Positions 1-13,620 of a DNA stretch of 64,000 nt are shown here, in pieces. The notes under the pieces are model-generated. The model was not told the DNA's origin, searched no databases, and saw only the letters and a list, made by a program, of their open reading frames with translations. Both the position numbers and the translations under genes were made by a program. Numbering within the stretch: the first letter of the stretch is position 1; every line of letters starts with the position of its first letter. Origin of the DNA: Octopus bimaculoides (lineage: Eukaryota); NCBI RefSeq assembly GCF_001194135.2, contig NC_068981.1, positions 60,135,149 through 60,199,148 of the forward strand. The letters run 5' to 3'.

Positions 1-42
<42 letters not shown>

Positions 43-70
43 TCACACACACATGCACACGTACACACAC
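1..70. repeat. (CA)n microsatellite
   Basis: Direct dinucleotide run at the window start. Confidence 0.95.
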
Positions 71-125
71 ATCTTATTAAACTAATATCTTACACACACA
101 CATCTATCATATTAACTCTAATATC

Positions 126-265
126 TAAGGCGGCGAGCTGGCAGAACCACTGCCGCGCCGGAAGGAGATCTTAGCGGCTGCTCTTCCGGTTTTACGTTCC
201 GGGTATTACGTTTTGACTTTGCATTTTATCCTTTCGAGATCGATAAAAATAAGTATCAGTTGAAC
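126..265 (+). mobile_element. tRNA-derived SINE, family A (partial)
   Basis: Head aaggcggcgagctggcagaa and body ...ctttcgagatcgataaaaataagtatcagtt, shared with about 20 other copies in the window. Confidence 0.8.
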
Positions 266-675
266 TCTAAGATGGTTGTAATCTACAGTTTCGTGTCTAG
301 TAGAAATGAGTAACACAGTTATCTATTAGGAAATAAATGTATGCAGAAGAGTAACTCATGGAGAAAATTATGTATTCTAAACTTACATGATTCGTGACAA
401 ACGACAGAATGTTTCGATCCTTATATGATACTGTTATTAGACGATAAGGTCAATAAAGTACAGTTTAACAGTAAACATTTTATGTGTGTATGCATACACA
501 CATTATATGCTCAACTGAAACCAGAGGTGCTAAGTAGCGAATGAAGATTTTATTTTATATTAATGCACTTAAGTTTGCGTTTGTCAAGTGTATATACCGC
601 CGTATTGCCACCCTGCTTTCAAATTTACATACATACATACATATTTGTGAGTGTGTGTGTGTGTATACATATATA

Positions 676-978
676 TATAACCAGGCCTATTCCCCATTTT
701 GGGGGAGCGAGTAGCCACAACAAAATACAAACCAGGCATTCCATTCACTTCCCACATCAAAGAGGCGAGCCCCGTCTTATATTCGGGTCAAGGTATATAA
801 CGCAACTCCCGTCATCAGCAGCGGGGCCCGAAAGCATATGCTGGTTTACCCCTGATGCATCAGGCTGGTTCCGTACCCCTTCGAGCAACATTAATTCACT
901 CATCTGTGCACAAACACTCTCCAAGCTTTCCTATCATTAATAAACTTTCTTGCTTCTCTCGCTCCAACACCTCCATCA
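676..978 (+). mobile_element. Possible solo LTR
   Basis: About 300-bp GC/CpG-richer island with TATATAA (794-800), AATAAA (939-944) and a ...CATCA end; the start is tataac rather than TG and no TSD is seen. Confidence 0.35.
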
Positions 979-980
979 CG

Positions 981-1086
981 TGAAGTCTGAGAGAATCGGA
1001 AAGGAGGCGACTAGATGTGTTTAAGATGAGATGTTTGAGGACTATGGTTGGTGTGACACGGATGGACAGGATAAGGAATGAGGAGA
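981..1086 (+). mobile_element. RTE-clade LINE ORF2 fragment (post-RT region)
   Basis: Translates to ERRRLDVFKMRCLRTMVGVTRMDRIRNEE, matching the RTE motif L(D/E)xFEMxCLRxxxGVxxxDRIRNEE. Confidence 0.75.
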
Positions 1087-1099
1087 ATGAATCTACCCA

Positions 1100-1428
1100 A
1101 CTACTCGTTTTTTTAAAAGCTTGGTATTTATCGATTTATTTGCCAAACTGCCAAGTTAAAGGGATGTAAGCACACCAACTTGTTATCTAGCAGATACAAA
1201 GACACACACACACACATACGCACACACACATACACACACAACACACACGCACACACACAAACACACACAAATATATACGAAGGGCTTCTTTCAGTTTCCG
1301 TCTACCAAATCCATTCAAAAATTTTGGTTGGGGCGAGGCTATAGTAGAAGACACTTGTCCAAGGTGCCATACAGTGGGACTGAATCCGCAACCATGAGGT
1401 TGGGAAGCAGATTTCTTACCACAGAGAC
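1100..1428 (-). mobile_element. tRNA-derived CORE-like SINE, family B
   Basis: Reverse complement reads ggtaagaaatctgcttcccaacc...ggcaccttggacaagtgtcttctactatagcctcg...ggtagacggaaactgaaagaagccc, then an internal (GT)n and the 3' tail. Confidence 0.85.
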
Positions 1429-1510
1429 ATGTCTGTACCTATACATATATGTGTGTGTACGTGTGTATGTATGTATGTATGTATGTATGTATGTATGTAT
1501 GTATGTATGT

Positions 1511-1637
1511 TAGGATCCACAATGAGCAGAACTTACTTGCAGGTATTGGTAGTGCAAATCAGAGGTGCAATCTGTGTGGGTGTTTTTTCAAAACAATGTC
1601 TGGTTTAAAAAGCCACATCAGACGCCATGAAAGGGCT
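1511..1637 (+). mobile_element. LINE C-terminal C2H2 zinc-finger fragment (RTE-like)
   Basis: CNLCGCFFKTMSGLKSHIRRH fits CxxC-x12-H-x3-H, typical of RTE ORF2 ends; it lies between (TATG)n and a gap. Confidence 0.55.
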
Positions 1638-2424
1638 ANNNNNNNNNNTATATATATATATATATATATATATATTGATAGAAAAGGTAAGACAACAATA
1701 TTATTTACAGAGTAATTTTCTCCAAAAGTTTCAAACATGTAGATATACACACATGTGTGTGTTCGTGTTCGTGTGATTGTATATGCGTATAATGCAGAGA
1801 GAGTGAAAGAAAATGAAAATCTTGCATGTGAATACGCATCGGGGGTATATAGTCCAAATACATCTTCAAGAATGCCTACATGAGCATTTGTGCATAATAC
1901 TAGTATAAACTCTATGTAAGCATGCCACCTACAAAATGATTGGAGCATGCGCATACAACAGTGAGCACCCACATGTGTTTAGATATAGTGGATATATGAA
2001 ATCAAAGAACTTTTTGCGCTTACAAAGGGTTATGTATACAGAGCAACGCAGTGGATGCTAGTGAAGAGTGAGATGCAGAATGGAAGAGAGAGATAGTGAG
2101 AAAGAGGGAGGGAGGGAAGGAGGGAGGGAGGGAGATAGGGAGAAAGAGTGAGAGAGTGAGANNNNNNNNNNNNNNNNNNNNNNNNNNNNNNNNNNNNNNN
2201 NNNNNNNNNNNNNNNNNNNNNNNNNNNNNNNNNNNNNNNNNNNNNNNNNNNNNNNNNNNNNNNNNNNNNNNNNNNNNNNNNNNNNNNNNNNNNNNNNNNN
2301 NNNNNNNNNNNNNNNNNNNNNNNNNNNNNNNNNNNGAAAAAGAAGGAGAAGAAGAGGAGGTGAGAGAGAGAGAGTGTGAGGGGCTATATTTTCCCTTCTT
2401 ATGGAATATTGACCAAGTATGGAT

Positions 2425-2548
2425 TTCTTCTTCTTCTTCTTCTTCTTCTTCTTCTTCTTCTTCTTCTTCTTCTCTTCTTGTTCTTGTTCTTGTTCTTGTT
2501 CTTCTTCTTGTTCTTCTTGTTCTTCTTGTTGTTGTTGTTCTTCTTTTT

Positions 2549-2616
<68 letters not shown>

Positions 2617-2630
2617 CATCATTATTATTA
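2425..2630. repeat. Compound trinucleotide microsatellite (TCT)n/(TTG)n/(ATT)n
   Basis: Direct reading; it explains the poly-amino-acid ORFs at 2020-2751. Confidence 0.95.
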
Positions 2631-2789
2631 TACGTTGTCTTGACCTCCTTCCCCCTCCTCGTTCATTTCTACTACTGTAGCCATACGTGTACCCATACAC
2701 ACCACAGTGACATTCAGTGCTAAATAGCAATAGCAAGTAGTTAAAATCCATTGGAGCATAGAATTAGAAGAAAAAAACAGCAACACCAA

Positions 2790-2830
<41 letters not shown>

Positions 2831-3199
2831 CTGAAGATTCGTATATATTTGCAAAGAATATTTTAAATAATTGATCTTGACATAATAGGCTGGTAATCTT
2901 GTAGAGAAACAGGAGACATATTAGTTGAATACAAGCAAAAGATTTAAAGAATTATTGGCAGACATCGAGACATATACAGGAAAACGAAAACGCTCGGTGG
3001 AGGGCGGTAATGGTTGGAGTGATTGGCGTGGGAGAAAATAAAGAAAGAAAATAAAGGAACAATAAAATATATAACGATGCTAATTTCGTAACAGGAAATT
3101 ATACAATTTTCAAATATTAGAACAAATAAATATATTATCATCTTGTACAATTCCCCTTTCTCCCCTCAGCTCTGTCAATGTATGTGTGTGTCATGCGTG

Positions 3200-3242
<43 letters not shown>

Positions 3243-3277
3243 GTCTGTCTGTCTGCCTGCATGCCTGCCTGCCTGTG

Positions 3278-3308
<31 letters not shown>

Positions 3309-4221
3309 GGATAGATGAATGTATGTGTATGTGTGAGAGATAGACAGATATTTTATTAAAGGCATTCCGTCTGTAACAATCCTGTCTCATTTTGTGAACA
3401 CTGACTAGATTACTTGTGTCATCTTTTTCGTTTTCTTTTGTTATTTCTAAAAGATTATCGGTAGTTACTTCAGCGATATTGTGCTGTGGTCACTGGAGTT
3501 TTCCTTCTTTGCTCAGCTGTAACAGAATCTCACTGAAATCACATCCTGCTTCGAAAAGAAGAGAGAGAAAGAGTTCATTGTTTTAAGTAGTTCATTTTGC
3601 GTAACAACTGGAAAAAAAACAAAAAAAAAAACAAGCTGCGACAGTCATGGCTGTATCGACTGTTTTCATAAAACTGTTCAATTAAGTCTGGCATTGACTT
3701 AAAAACAAGCAATATACCCTTCATTTCAATCAGTCACACTTGCCAAAACGATTACAAAAATCTAACAGACATAAAACGCGTTATTTTAATGATATAATTC
3801 ACACAAAGACGATGATAAAGAAACAAGTATAAGAAATTTTCTTCGATTCCAAAACGAAAGAAGATATGACGTAAAAATTACACTTATCACTGATAGATGT
3901 CAACAAAGCTATTAACATCAAAATAAGAATAACATGTAAGCGAAGTGGGGGTGGACAAAGTGTAGAATCCTTGATTAAACACGCCAAAATATTTAGCTAC
4001 CCTCTGCTCTCACATCCTAGTTTGAAGTCGTTCTTGAATCAGCATAGCATTTCTGACACAGTTCGAGCGGTAACATCATATTGCGAGAGTGGCAGCTAAA
4101 ACTCTTTAACGTATTTAGTTATGTGACATAATTATACGCATATGTAGTTATAATATATAAAAAGCAAATGTTCATTGATAGTAACTTCACCATGGATGGC
4201 TTAATAATTCTTTCTACTACA

Positions 4222-4425
4222 GGAACAAGGCCTGAAATGTTATTGAGAGGGGAGAGTCGATTACAACCATCCCGGTACTCAACTGGTACTTATTTTTTCG
4301 ACTCGGGAAGGGATGTAAGCCAAAGCCGACGTTGACGAAATTTGAACTCACAACGTAAAGGCGGACGGAATGTCGCAAAGCATTTTGCGCGGTGTGCTGT
4401 CGATTCGGCGAGCTCACCGCTTCAA
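4222..4425 (-). mobile_element. SINE family A
   Basis: Reverse complement has the gcggtgagctcgccgaatcg head, gagttcaaatttc B-box-like motif, aagtaccagttgag and the ggccttgttcctgtagtagaaaag tail. Confidence 0.85.
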
Positions 4426-5512
4426 GATAGCTTAATAAAAAAAAGTCTCTATTGTTATACATTAAACATACAAAAAGAAAATTTCTTAATGACATGAACA
4501 GACTAGAAATTGAGAAGTTGTTATTGCACCGTAACTCTTTGTCTGCTTTGCAATTTCTAGTCTTTTCCAAGTTTTTGTCACTGGTTGTCAATGTACAGTT
4601 TGAATTGAAATCTTGATCAAAACCTTTCATCTTTATGTGCTAATCGAAGAAAGTATAAGCCACGTACTGGAAACGATTAAATTTGACGCCGCCTACTCCC
4701 AAATTGTGAGTCTTTGCGCCAATATCAGGCATCCTTACTATAATTATGGATATTGTTGAAAGCGGTCAGAAAGCAGAAGCAAGAGTTGAACTAAGGTATT
4801 GATAGAGTAAGTCTCAAAATACCTTATGGTATTTATTTATGTGTCTGCTTTCGGAAATACGTTTAAACGTTATGCTGCAGGGCTGGTTCACTTGGCTGTG
4901 CTTCTTTCTATGGCTGTTATTTCTATGACAACAGGGGCAAGAGAAAAATAATCCCCTCTACTGATTTAGTGAAGCTGTTGCGCTTAATAAAGTATTGCAA
5001 ATCCTTCTTTGCTAGATGATTTGTAAATTTGTGTGTGTGTGTGTATGTGTGTGTGTGTGTGCGTGTGTGTGTGTATGTGTGTGTGTGTGTGTGTGTGTGC
5101 GTGTGTGCGTGTTGCGTGCGTGCTTACGTGTGTGTGTGGCGTGTATGAAAAGAGGTGATCGAAAAGTGGGGAATATAAAATAAAAGGATTTTAGTAGTGG
5201 CATAAATGTAGATGAAAGGAATTTTACCAGGAATTGAAGCTATGGTGACAAAATATTGATTACTTTCAGGCAATGTTGATAAGTGACAGGAGTATTTTAT
5301 TTTTATTTACGACGATGGTGGTAGTGGTGATGGTGCTGGGAGAATTATTGGTTGTATCGGTGGAATGATTTTTATTTGACAGGGAATGGAAGGTGTACCT
5401 GATAAAAAAAACAAAATGATATCGTATGAAGGGCATATTTCGTAGAAAATATGGATAGTCGATTTAATCATCCTTAATATATTACTGATGGAGTAGGAAA
5501 CATTGACAGGAA

Positions 5513-5755
5513 AAAAGTATTTATTTCTTTATTGCCCACAGGGGGCTGAACATAGAGGGGACAAACAAGGACAGACAAAGGGTTTAAGTCGATTTGATTG
5601 ATCCCAGTGCGTAATAGGTACTTATTTAATCGACCCCGAATGGATGAAAAGAAAAGTCGACTTCGACGGAGATTGAACACAGAACGTAACGGGAGACGAA
5701 ACACCACTTAGCATTTTGCCCGGCGTGCTAACAATTCTGCCAGCTTGCCGCCCTT
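5513..5755 (-). mobile_element. SINE family A (alternative 3' tail)
   Basis: Head gggcggcaagctggcagaattgttagcacgccggg; the tail ...tttgtctgtccttgtttgtcccctctatgttcagcc differs from the other copies. Confidence 0.85.
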
Positions 5756-8666
5756 GTTAGGTATTACTGTGCGATAAAGACATTTCTATCTCGACCTGAT
5801 AGAAATAGCAACTCATTCTCTCTCCTCAGCCTTTCTCACTCTCATGCCAAACTCTGACATTAGGAAATATTGGATAGGGCAATTCTGGAGAAGTACGAAA
5901 GTATGACAGGATAATTACAACTGGTTCGTTTCTGGATTGCTTAGTTGTTGTTATTGATAAACAATAACAACCACTAAAACGACTAGTGTAACTGACCAAA
6001 TTAAAAAATATATATATTTATAGAAATGGAAAATATATACTTGTGAAAAAACAAGTTCAAAACGTCGTTAACATTTTGTTATTATTGTAAATGAGGAGAC
6101 AATGGGACATAGGGAGCACGCTGCACACAAATAGATTCGTAGTAAATAATTACATTTTAAAACAATGCAATAAATACGATCGAAGATGGTGTTTGCGTTT
6201 CCAGATTCTGTCCACGGAACACTTTGACTCTATGAGGTTCGTATCGAGTAGAACTGGCGTGAAGGGAGAAAGACAAAATTTAATGTGCTGACTATCATAT
6301 CGTTTTGTATATCAAGGTTTTCAATTTTTAACCTGCATTTGAAGAAGGTCTTGGTGCTATCTTTTGTAAATGAAGTGTCCATCTAGATACTACCTTTCTG
6401 GATCGACAGTGTGCTATAATTATGTTGAAAGGCATGAAAAAGAATAACATCAAATCCATAGTTAACAATGACCAACATCAGGTGTTTTAGTTCCAAAAAT
6501 AAGGTAAAGTTTCATTGAATGTTAAAAGAAGTGATTATATAAGTTTATAGTATATGAAAAAAGCACTACAATTACTGTTTAGCCCCAGGTCAACTGGGTT
6601 TGTGCAGAGTTATGATGAAAAGTATTCCAGTTGCGGCTGTACCAAGTATTTGAGAATATGTATTTCAACATAATCAAATTCATGTTCCTCCATTATTGCA
6701 ATGACGGCAGTTTGTTATTGAAGGGATATTCACTGCTTTGAGGGTGTAAGCGACCACCTAGAGACTAGTTTTCTCGTCGACTCGAAGGAGATATTGAAGT
6801 ATAAGTTGGCTGCTTTCTTGTTAAGTATGAGATTCAAGACAACATAGGAGTCTCGTCGCAGTCGCTCGACCTACTTCAAATAGCAACAAAGTGCCTCGCA
6901 TCTCATGCAGCACAGCCTTAGATAATGAAAGATCCAGTGGATTATGTAGCACTTGATATACAGAAAGAAAGAGTATCCACAGTTAACGCATCAGTAATTA
7001 TAAGGCCGAGCTGGAGCTAAACAAGCACCATCAACATTGGTGTTCAGAATAATTTTTCTAATAGATTTGATTTCCTTTACAGATGTATATCTGAAAGGTG
7101 GGATCATCACAAACAGAAAGAAAATGCCAGTGTCTTTGAATATATTGTTTTACTTCTATTTCTTCAGGTTTTATTTCACTTAAAGCATAGAAGTAGCTTG
7201 AAAATGGAAAAGGCTTTCCAAGACACAGAAATTGAAAGATAGATGAAAATAGTAGTCAGAGTTTGTGAGAAGGTCAAAAGGTGATTCAGTGATAGGAAGA
7301 AAGAAAGGGAAAGAGAGAGTGAATGAGTGAGTGAGAGTGGAGAAGAGAGAGAGTGAAAGAGACAAAACGGAGACAAGCCAGTGTAACGACAAAAAAGAAA
7401 AGAGAATACAGAAATACAACTAAATAACAGGGGAGGGCGAGGGAAGAGGATAACAAGGAAAATTAGTGTTAGTAATTCAGATTTTATGAAATTACATTGT
7501 ATAGTAGACATAGATGATCGTCCACCTTAACATCATCACCTAGCTCATAGGTGTCTTTGTCTGAGCCCACATTGCTTTAAGCATTGGAACAAGTCCCTAA
7601 TTTGAGTATAACGTCCAAATCTTTCTCCCACCAATTACGAAGTCCCCGAAAATGGTCATGCACGTAGCCTTTCGTCATCTGACTAACACCCTAAAGAGAA
7701 GTAAATAGAGGAGGAAAAGAGAAAAGGGTGGCACAGGGTGAAGAGGAAAGTCACGGAAGGATAGAGAACAGAGTCAGTGTATAGATGAATACTAGGTTAG
7801 AATGAAACGAAAGAGGAAGAGGTACAAAACGCACATGATTTGTGAAAGATAACTATAGATACTGAAGGTGAAATGATTGTTGCTGGTGAAGGTTGAAGAA
7901 GAAAAGGAGAAATGAGAAGGTCGAAAGCAACAAAATATATAACGGGAAAGGCAATAAGACGAATAAAAGAAAATGCTGGAGTGAAGTGTGGGTGGTAACA
8001 AAATAGTAAACATAGTTTGAGTGACAAAAATAAAATTGAGACGTAAACAGAGAGAGAGGGGGAAGAAAGAGAGAGGGGAAGGCAGAGAGAAATAGAGAAA
8101 GAGAAAGAGAGGGGGAGGAGAGAGAGGTGCTAGAAATACAGATAGAGAAAGAGAGGGGAAAGAAGGAGAGAGAGGCGTGTGTGAAAAAGGTGAGATATTC
8201 AGAAAAAATTAATATTTTGGTTGTTGTTGAATAAAATATGAAATTGAAAGAGAAGTGAGAGGAAGTGAGACCAAATAAAGAGAAACTAGTGATACAGATT
8301 GGAAAAGGGAAAAGGAAAGCAGGGGTATGGAAGAGAGGTAGATATGCGACATAGAATTTACAAAACGAAGTGATATGAGAGCATGGTGTAAGGAATAGTA
8401 GTGGAAATACGAAATGAAAGGAGAAAGAGTTACGACATGGGAAAGGAAGAGAGAGAAAGAGAAGGGAGAGAGAAAAAAGAGGAAGGAAAAAAGGAAGAGG
8501 CATACACACGTGCCTACAGATATGGAGCCGACAGAATATGTGAATACGAGAAGTAACCTAACCACAATAACGGTGATTGCTTGAGACATATATACACATA
8601 CATACATACATACATACATACATACATACATACATACACACATACACACATACACACATACACGCA

Positions 8667-8699
<33 letters not shown>

Positions 8700-8912
8700 G
8701 TGTTTGTATGTGGGTATTACATATATATATATACATATATTTGTATGTATGTGTGTATATGCATATTGATACCCTTATATATGTATGCATATATCAATGT
8801 TTGTTGCTATGCAAATTTATATAAAAGAAAAATATTTAACAATAAACTGAAGGATTACTCAATGCATTTTTCATAAAGTAAATGTTTATTTAACTTTCGG
8901 TGTAAAAGTTTT

Positions 8913-8956
8913 ACAGGGATTCCGAAGTTTCGACATGCTAGCCTTCGTCAGACTGT
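8913..8956 (-). ncRNA. Degenerate type-I hammerhead ribozyme motif (family 3)
   Basis: Reverse complement acagt-CTGACGA-a-ggc[tagcat]gtc-GAAA-cttcggaat-C-cctgt: intact core, short stem II, near-palindromic stem III, stem I acag/ctgt. Confidence 0.55.
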
Positions 8957-9151
8957 GCTTTACATAATTTTCTTCTTTTGTTTTAAATAGTTTTTAGAAA
9001 TTTTCTTTAGTAAAGTTTAATACATGCATACATAATTACATACAAGCCTACATATATATATAGCAATGCATACACACACACATATATATGTATGTATTTA
9101 TATGTATACACATGCACACGCATATATAATATATATATATATATGTATATT

Positions 9152-9202
<51 letters not shown>

Positions 9203-9453
9203 NNNNNNNNNNNNNNNNNNNNNNNNNNNNNNNNNNNNNNNNNNNNNNNNNNNNNNNNNNNNNNNNNNNGTGTGTGCATATAGAGTGAAAGTGGGTGTGG
9301 GAGACAGAAGTTAAACCAAAGAGAGCAATATAAACATATCGAGAATGAAAAGACAGACAACTGGAATAAATAGAGACAAAAGAAAAACGTGTTTAAAAAG
9401 TGAGAGAGAAAGAGGAGAGCGAATTACAGAGCTAGATATTTAGAGAAACAGAC

Positions 9454-9492
<39 letters not shown>

Positions 9493-9517
9493 GGGATAGA
9501 TAGATAGATAGATAGGT

Positions 9518-9568
<51 letters not shown>

Positions 9569-10441
9569 AAGATAGAGAGATAATGAGAGAGACAGAGAGT
9601 AAGAGAGAGAGATAATGAGAGAGAGAGAGAGAGAGTAAGAGAGAGAGATATAATGAGAGAGAGAGGTAGGGAGGTGATAGTGAAAGAGAAAATAAACGAC
9701 CTTCATTAATAGTAGTAGACAAATATTTGAAAACTAAAACTGAAATAAATCAACTAGGTCACGCTAGAGTTTAAAATTTTACTCATCTTCATCGTGATTT
9801 CATATTCCCGAATCTTCTTCTCTTCCTCCACTTCATTATTATCCTCCTCCTTCTCCTTCTCCTCGTCAACAATATTCATCTATACTCCTCTCTTCTCATT
9901 ATTAAAATTTTGTCATTGACGTCACGGCAATAGTTTCTCTCAGAAGTCTATATTTATCGATAGTTTACAACAAATGTATTTATATTTTCTTTTCACGTTC
10001 GTGTATATTATACTATATTCTATTTGAATCGTTGTTTAATGTTTATTCCTCATGATTAATGTGCCAATAAAACTAATAGATAAACAAGTACATGCATCAC
10101 TCATAAACAAATATTACTTTAAAAACAAGCAGAGTGATATGTGCTGCGGCACAAGGGCAAAATATGCTATCAGCGACTATTTCATTAAATATAAATGTTT
10201 ATATTAAATATTCATTTTAATGGCACAAAAGTATTGACTTATTGATCAAAAGTGATTTGCATAATTAAAGTTTTCTCAAACGAAAAGCAAATTACAAATG
10301 AACTATGTATGTAATTTATCTGTGTGTATGCATGTTTACATGCAATGGAATTGTTAAATGCATTTTAAAAAGAATTTGCTAGAATCTGTGCCCAAGCTTG
10401 TAGCACACACACACTCATACACACGCACACACACACACACG

Positions 10442-10479
<38 letters not shown>

Positions 10480-10495
10480 NNNNNNNNNNNNCGCA

Positions 10496-10537
<42 letters not shown>

Positions 10538-10559
10538 TATGTATGTATATGTGCAATTT

Positions 10560-12060
10560 TGCATGTTTGGTCTAATGTATGTATTCTCATGCATATAGTT
10601 GCATATCTAGACATGCTCATATATATTTTATTTGATAAGCTTCTGGAAAGTTTATAGATTTTTACAGTTCTAGTGATGGATTTGATCTATAGTCTTCGAA
10701 TTAGCTTTCTTCTTTCTGCTTTTGAGAAACCTAATTTTTCAAGATTGGAATTTAGGCAGTGTGTTACATATCAAATGGACCCGATAATTACAGGTATACA
10801 TCTGAATTTGTAATCTGGATACAGTAACTGCAGATTTCTGAATAATTCAGCGTAGATATTCTCTCTTTTCACTCATCTTCAGCTTTATGTTAACATCCGC
10901 TTGGCAGCTAATTTCCAGAATTGTACACAGTTTCTCTTCTCTATACCAAATCATTATATCAGGACTGTTGTGCTTACATTTTATTGAGGTCTTCAGTACT
11001 CCTTTTTATTATGAGTGGCTATGGCTTCTACTATACTGTGAGTTCTGATTTCTTTGTCTTCGAGGTAATCCTTCCGACGGATTTCATTATAGAATGTCCT
11101 AGCTACAAGTTCATGTCTCATCGGTAGATGATAGCGTGATGACATTTTAGGACAACTGCTTATGATGTGGTTGATATCTTCGGTTTTAACTCCACAAAGT
11201 CTGCATCGGTTGTCACAGTGTACTATTTTTCCTGGATCTCTACCCCTTTTGTGCATCAGGTATTTGGTTGATATTTCTTATTCCTGGATTACAAACGCAT
11301 ACCCCTCGGAGTGGTAGGTAGCAACCCGGCCATTGTTCAATGATAGACTGCTTTGATGATCAAAATCACTATCGTCTCGGAGCTTCCTACTAACACATCT
11401 ATACATAGTCATTTGCTCATTTTGGGTAATCCGTTCATCTGATGAAACGTTTCGGTAGAGTCGTGCGACTTCTTTGGGCGTTTATTCTAGGTTATTAGAC
11501 AAGGAATGTTAATTAAGGGGCTGCCTTCCAAGTTTTATAATGTTATCAGCCTCATGTATGCAAACTGGGTCAAAGGATGCACTTCGACACTTGGTGGTTA
11601 AAAGATGTTGCCGAAAGGATATGCTACGACTTTCAAAGGCGTGTTGGATCGATGTTAAGCCTCTGCCACCTTGTTTTCGTTTTAGGTAGAGGTGGTCTAC
11701 ATCACTGTTTATGTGTAAATTAAGTGTGCTTGTTAGTATTATCCGGCTTTTCACATCAATGGCTCGTATCTCATCAAGCGGTCAACTAAGCAGCCCAAAT
11801 GTTGATATGAGTACTGGCACTGCAAACACATTGTGGGCCACTTGTTTTATTGAATGTAGAGAGTTCTGAGATCCAAATTTTCTTTATTCGGCTTTTCATC
11901 GCGTTTTTCTGCTTTTCCATTTCCATAAGTCATGACAAATTTCTACAGCGATAAGTATGTGCGGTAACTGTGTGTTTGCATTATCTGGGAACTTTTAGCA
12001 CACCCGCAAGACTGGTGGCTCTAGTCTTCGTGTGTTTCTCTGCCTTGTTGAAGTGGAATA
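10560..12060 (-). mobile_element. RLE-type non-LTR retrotransposon (R4/Dong-like), 5'-truncated and decayed
   Basis: Minus strand carries the RT C-terminal motif LYLKRKQGGRGL, zinc knuckle CRLCGVKTEDINHIISSC, endonuclease segment PDIMIWYREEKLCTILEISC...YKFRCIPVIIG, stop near 10628, then a short 3' UTR into (CATA)/(CA) repeats; several stops and frameshifts. Confidence 0.85.
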
Positions 12061-13620
12061 AAAATTCGGCTACAAAGTAATTGAGCAAACCTTTAAAAGA
12101 CACTGTGAAGAAGTGGCTAGAAATCTGTCATGTTAAATAACTTGTTTAAATAAAAGCTTTCAGAGAAACAATGTAAGAAAATATTTTGAAAATACTTGAT
12201 GCAAATTATGTTTACAATCTTTTTCTTCTTGGGGAGAAATTTGAACATCATAAACAAAGAACCAATACACAAATATTGGCTGAACACTTTAAGAAGGTTC
12301 TGAACTGGTACTTCAGCATAAAACAGAAATCCATTGATAATCTTACGCACATTCTCATCAACACAGCTTTTGATAAATTCTTACCTTTTATTTTAAATCA
12401 ATGACGATATTATCCTTTAGTAATGCACCAAGAAGAGTTTCTATCTGAGTAGAACTATATACCTGTGATAGTGAAGCACTCATTGACAAAAATAACAGAA
12501 CTATTTTACTTTTTGTAGTAGGTACAATCCATATTGATTATATGAATGTAAATATATATAAAAGCGATGCACTTGATCACTGCAACATGATGCAATAAAG
12601 TCTGTCCCTTATCAACTGCTGTGGTCCAGTATGCATTTTCTCTTGGTACATCCAATGAACATGATGCAAATCGCCATAATGTTGAAACTTACGTCGGGAA
12701 TAAATGACAAACTTGTGCTTATCATGGATGCATACATACATACGTACATGCACGTATCTATATGTATATTATTTACATGCATACATACACACACACACAC
12801 ACACATCACACACACACACATCACACACACACACATATATATATATACACAATATATATACTTATATATGCGCTTGTGTACACATGCACACACACACGCA
12901 CACAAACACACTAGCATATTATGAAATTCTTTTCCCCGAAACTTATCGATTTTTAACTTCCACTAATGCACAACTGTTTCGGCGCATTATTCTTTTGTAC
13001 AGATAACCGTCTCTTTAAGTATTATCTCTATGACAAATAATCAAGCATATGCCATAAATAATAGTCGTTGAACAGTACTTGATTGTCAAATGCAGCTGAT
13101 GGAAGCTGTAGTAGTTGTGTTTACATAATTGTGATCGTATGATGTATGCCTTTCGCATGATTCTGAAAAGAAGAGAAAAGATTAATATTCAGTTCTTTTT
13201 TTTTCATTTCTTTGAGACGTGATAGACTATGCAGTGGACATGTTTTCGGTTGTTCTTTTCCAAGCATGACACAAGCTGGATATTAAGGGAAATTTATTTT
13301 CCTGTTGGTTGCTATTGCTGTTGCTTAACCATAGGTCAATCCTATTCAAGCAGACCTGTCAAGAAAGACATTCTTGTTTTGACTATTCCATCGTCATACG
13401 CTTATTTTCACAGATGATACATCAATGGTTTCATTATCTAGTGGGTTGTTTTCTTGTAAAGCAGTAGAGTAAGATAGGTGAAGGAAATTTCATTGTATGT
13501 CTCGCAGGTCGAGTGACAATATAGATTCGATATCATAATTCCGGTTCCTTTCTTTCCTTCAGACATTTTATATCATAAATACAATAGCATTAAATAATAC
13601 AAAATAATAATAATATTGAT

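Noticed and set aside
770-820. Minus-strand ctgatgacggg…cccgaata as a hammerhead
   Set aside because: GAAA is missing and stems I and III do not form.
563-940. 125-aa ORF
   Set aside because: It runs through a microsatellite into the LTR-like island with no recognisable domain.
2020-2751. Long ORFs with poly-I/L/E/T/V/HT/YI tracts (here and throughout the ORF track)
   Set aside because: They are translations of microsatellites and N runs, not genes.
11436-11455. ctgatgaaacgtttcgg as a hammerhead or Penelope tail
   Set aside because: No stem II between the core halves, and it lies inside a LINE coding remnant.
12387-12464. Minus-strand exon candidate (cacag|VYSSTQIETLLGALLKDNIVIDLK*|gtaaga)
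   Set aside because: All three frames contain a stop before the donor.
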